Position numbers and translations under genes: made by a program
Source of the DNA: Squalus acanthias
Lineage: Eukaryota
Assembly (NCBI GenBank): GCA_030390025.1
Contig: CM059430.1
Coordinates: 3,906,001-3,970,000 of the forward strand
Direction: 5' to 3'
Length of the DNA stretch: 64,000 nucleotides
Notes under the pieces: generated by a model
What the model was told of the DNA's origin: nothing
Databases searched by the model: none
Seen by the model: the letters and a program-made list of their open reading frames with translations, nothing else
Shown: positions 59,661 through 64,000 of the stretch, in pieces
How positions within the stretch are numbered: the first letter of the stretch is position 1
Layout of the letters: each line of letters begins with the position of its first letter

Positions 59661-62600
59661 TACATCAACTGTCTTACTCCCAACTCCCCCCAAGTATCAG
59701 CAACCTGAATTGATTATTCCGTTTGTATGACAAGAGTGCTTAAAAGGACTTAAGCTTTTAATTTAGAACTATAAAATAAATTCAACTGTCCCTTTCCTTC
59801 TCTGAGAGAAGTAGAAAGCCTCCCAAGTGTCTCTATACTCTCTTGTGTCAACTACAATGAAAATTAACTCATTCCCATCTTAACCACTGAAAAAAACCTA
59901 TGGAGGGAAGATGCAATTCATGAATTCTCAGCAACTGGGCCTAGAATGGAATCCAGACCAATGTTCTTCGTGTGTTTATTGGGTGCTCTGTGGTTAATTA
60001 ATGCTGCACTGTCCCAGTTTTGTTTGTCTGCAAAGCTCTATTTTAACCCCATCAACATTTGTTACACAAACTACCCCACAAATGTCGTGACAATACCCTG
60101 GGCATTTCAAAATACTGAACCTACAGAGATAACAAAAAAAAAGTTGGGCACTGTTGCCACAAGGTTTATGAGGAAGAAGCAAATCAGGAGCTCGGTGGCA
60201 GAGTTTCCATTCACAAAATACATGCAGTTGTGAAAATATACTTTCAAACAGCTTTATTGACAGGATGTTAATGTTATTGCTACTGCAGTAAACTAACCCT
60301 AAATAGTCCTGCAATGAGCTCATTTTTTATGCTTTTCAATTCCTATTAACAGTTCTTAAACAAAGAGAATACTGTATTGGTTACACTGGACTTGGCTTCT
60401 CATAATCAAAGGCCTACAAAACTTGCAGTGCCTTTGACTATTTTATGCTTGTCCTACATTTTATTCCAAGGGCATGAATTATAATTTTACTATGCCAGAA
60501 ACACAACCGTGCAATGCAGGGTTTTTTTTTAAAAATAAAGCAACACAGCATTTCTCAACCTGTGGCCCCAGGCTCATCCATGAACCTTGACAGCAAGGCC
60601 AGTGGGACACCAAGATGTTGAGGGGAAAAAAAAAAATCAACGTTTTAAAATCTGTATTCATTCCATGTACATATCGCGAGCCCTGGACTAGGGTCAGGTC
60701 AGTCCGAGTGAGCCTTGTATACAAAAGAGTGAGAAGCACTGGCCTAATGGCCCTAATCTGCAAGGTGTTAAGGCAGAATGTGGTTGAAAGTTTACATTGA
60801 ATCCCCTAAGGAACAGAATATCACAGCACTGATGGAGATTTACTGATGCTCTTTCACATGTGTGAGAGCCATTATAATGGCTGCTACTGCATGAAGATTT
60901 TATTTTTGATAGTCTTCAATGTAGTTTTTGTGGTCCAAAAGGGTTAGACTGTGATTGTAGGATTCACAACATTGAGGCAAATAGGCCCTGAAGTATGCAT
61001 GATGGACACGTAAGTAACCATTGTTATTCTTTTCAATAGCTACACCATCAAAGTTTAATTCTGGCCAGCAGCTTGTTAGGTTAAGCATTTTGAATGAGAA
61101 CAGCTGCAACGGTGGTATTGATATACTGTACTTAATTCAGTTGAAATTTCCTGATTGTGAAAAATACCTGATCTGAGCCTGTTATTCATTTAATCAATAG
61201 GCTCAGTGTAGACCTGGGGCCTCACGCAAGCCTGTCAGGTCACATTCAGGCCTTTGATGTAACAAAAGCAATTATTACATTCCTGGTGATGAGCGGTACC
61301 TGCCTGCTGCACAACAGAACACTGCCTGTGTCGACACCCTTTTTACTGTGCACAGCCCTGCTGGAAAGGGACACATGATATTTCTACCCAAACATAAATA
61401 TATCCTCCCCTTGGAGCAGGCTGCCACTTCTGAGCAGATCCTTAGAGCAGGCCCCATTTCCCTTATCCTGAGTTTTGTTGCCAATGCACAGCCATTTAAT
61501 CATCTCTGTCTTTGTACAGCCTCTTAGACACTCAGCAGAAAATATATAGCATGGTTGCTCGTGCAACGTAGGAAGGCAGGATTTTAAAACATATATCTAG
61601 GGTATCGTTCTGTAGTTTATTAATTCATCATGTCACAGAAGGGGTTTTGGACAGGGTGTCAGTATTTTTATAAATGTACTTAACTCTCGCATCAACTTTT
61701 TTTTTAAATTACAATGCGGGAGACTGACAAAGTTATTGATAAATTCAGAAATATTACCAGTTACCTTTCAATTCAACTATATGCACAGTTTCAGTGACAA
61801 AATATGCCGTTCTCTGTATGAGGCATCCAAAATTAAGCTAATGCAAAGCACTGGACACCAAGCAGCTACTGAATATTTTTTACCCAGGATTGATGGGGAA
61901 AGGGTTGGGGGTGGGGGCGGGGTGGGGGGGGGGAGCACTGCTGGGTTATAATAATACATTAAAAGTTTTCCTCGTCTCGAAAAATTCAGCAACACTGGCT
62001 TCAGCCTAAGTGAATTCCACTTTGAAAGAAATCTCTAAGGGTTAAAAAGGTAATAGAATTATAAGATTTATACCATTTTGCTTCACTGTGCCAAAGAATG
62101 TATAAATTAATTAGAAGCAACCCTCCTTGATAATGTCTATCCATTCCTTGTGTATGTATAAACGCTTAGAGCGTTCTAAAAGGCAACTTTTAAAAGGTAG
62201 CATTTTTTTTTTAAATGTTACAATTTAAGCTGGAGGAACTCTACTGCTCAACAGTTGAAACTGAATTGATTATAACTATGAATAAACCAACTTCAGCAAA
62301 TGCAGACAGCAGGAAAAGGGAGAGGGAGTACATTAGAGATTTCAACTGCGATAGGACCTACACTTGCACTCACTCTGTAACTGGCATCTGGAGCGGATTT
62401 GCTACAACAGACATTGAAGAACTAGATTACATCCAGTTAACTGAGCTCTAAACTGATTATGCATGTGCCAAACTAATGGATTACATTTGCAAGAGGAAAA
62501 ATAACATCCAATCAATCTCAATTACTGCAGACCACACCAGCCTAGATAAACTTGAAAGTATCCAGCAACTACCCGCAACTGCACCTCCCCTCCCCACCAA

Positions 62601-62838
62601 TAGTTCTACATATCGGGCTTGGTACATTCAGTCAGAAACAAAAGTAGCTGATGGAGAAATACCATCACTGTGTTGCAGCAAGCAGCAAATAGGCTGTAAC
62701 CCTTTCTGTGGGTTGTCTATCCCAATATTTACTAACTATAGAAAACACTGTTCTCTACGAGTTTGTGGTTTGTCTCCATCTTTTCAAGTCGCTCGCCTGT
62801 GATATTGTTCACACTGTGGGGGCAAGGGGGAGGGGGGA

Positions 62839-62983
62839 GGAGGTGAAATTCGACTTTGGTGGGGGTATAAAGCGAGTGGCAGCAGTTTGGCTGCCCATTA
62901 TACACCCCACTTGGGCGGAGTGTATAAAGGTGGCCAATCAGGTAATGACCGTTTCTTGCCACTGCCAGTTGAATCTCACCCCC
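62839..62983. mobile_element. Palindromic MITE
   Basis: Ends GAGGTGAAATTCGAC and GTTGAATCTCACCCC; inner arms TTATACAC and GTGTATAA. Confidence 0.6.
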
Positions 62984-64000
62984 AGAGCATGGGGATCAAG
63001 TGCAGTTTTCAGGTAGAGTGGGTTTAGAGGGCGGGGGAATAATTGGACGAGGCCATGCACATGTAATTCAATCCCCATTTTAAAGCCAGACATTCTATCC
63101 GCATTTTTATATTCCATTGTAAATTCCCAATGTCCACATGTATATTGGGAACTACCTATGTAAACCTGTCAGGCCGCAATTCCAGACGTCTGGCAGTCGT
63201 GGTGCAGCAATGCCTCTGCTGGCAGGAGAGTGTAATTACAGTGTTACAACTTTACACAGGAAGTTTAGAGCATGGAAAATTGACAGGAAATACTTGTAGA
63301 TGCAAGATTTTTAATATTATATGTGTCATTCTATTTGTGTTTTTGCAGAAAGGAACTATTTATAGAAGGTAGGCATAAAATTTTGGCTTAATGGAGCCTA
63401 AAGTGGCCCAAAAATTGAGGGGTTTTTAAAAAAAAAAAGAAAACAATAGGACTTTTGGAATAATAGAGCACCGAAATCCCAATCAGAGGCCCCGCGTTCA
63501 ACTCCCAGCTTCAACTTTTATGGGAACTTGCTTTCCCCTCAATGGGTGAAGATCAGCAAGTCCCAGCCAGGCCACCAGGAGGAGCACTTCGAGCTTGGAG
63601 AATGCTCTGTCCACAGGAGAGGGAAAGGGAGGAGGGGAATGGCCTTGGTGAAGCCCATATTCTAGACCGTCCCACCATCCCAGAGAATGGAGCATGTGTG
63701 CTGGAAGAAGGGAGGTGCAAGGACCTAAATGGGGAAAGTATAAATTTTAAATAGTTGAGTATTAAGAATGTCTATACGGTTAACAGTATGTAGTTTATTT
63801 ATGCATCGATACAGTATTCAGTGTAATTTATAAATCAAAATATGTAACAGTTTGTGATAAAATAAAATCAAAGTTCAGGAATAAAACATCAGCAATAAAA
63901 TTAAAGTGAACTGCATTAAGAGGCACTCTGCTGTTAGAAGCTTTCGAAGCTTCACTTTAAGTACACACACACTCACAGGATGGGGAAGAGAAAAGAATAC

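Noticed and set aside
63937-63953. Short palindrome GAAGCTT-TCG-AAGCTTC
   Set aside because: A 7-bp stem is within chance expectation for 64 kb.

Overview
Eukaryotic, non-coding DNA that is almost certainly from an elasmobranch (shark/ray). This call rests on HER1-like CR1 LINE 3' ends, an HE1-type SINE and a Deu-domain SacSINE1-like SINE, all recognised from memory rather than by a database search. I found no host protein-coding exon I can support. Every ORF with recognisable protein similarity is a transposon relic: CR1-type RT C-termini, a Vingi/Ingi-type zinc-finger C-terminus, and Harbinger Myb/SANT domains. The window is a mosaic of about 35 TE fragments, several nested, plus four minisatellites. 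Between them lie TE-free, motif-dense blocks (about 18-24 kb, 29.8-30.3 kb, 45-48.3 kb, 52.8-53.2 kb) that look like conserved non-coding enhancers in a large intron or gene desert; conservation cannot be tested here. The most notable items are: (1) a 146-bp Penelope-like insertion with a perfect 12-bp TSD carrying an intact minimal hammerhead ribozyme core; (2) two ~1.75-kb non-autonomous Harbinger elements that keep a Myb/SANT remnant but have a hollowed-out transposase and different terminal modules, one nested in another MITE; (3) a perfect 30-bp-arm hairpin with a template-switch signature; (4) a Vingi-like LINE relic. Coordinates of degraded repeats are approximate.
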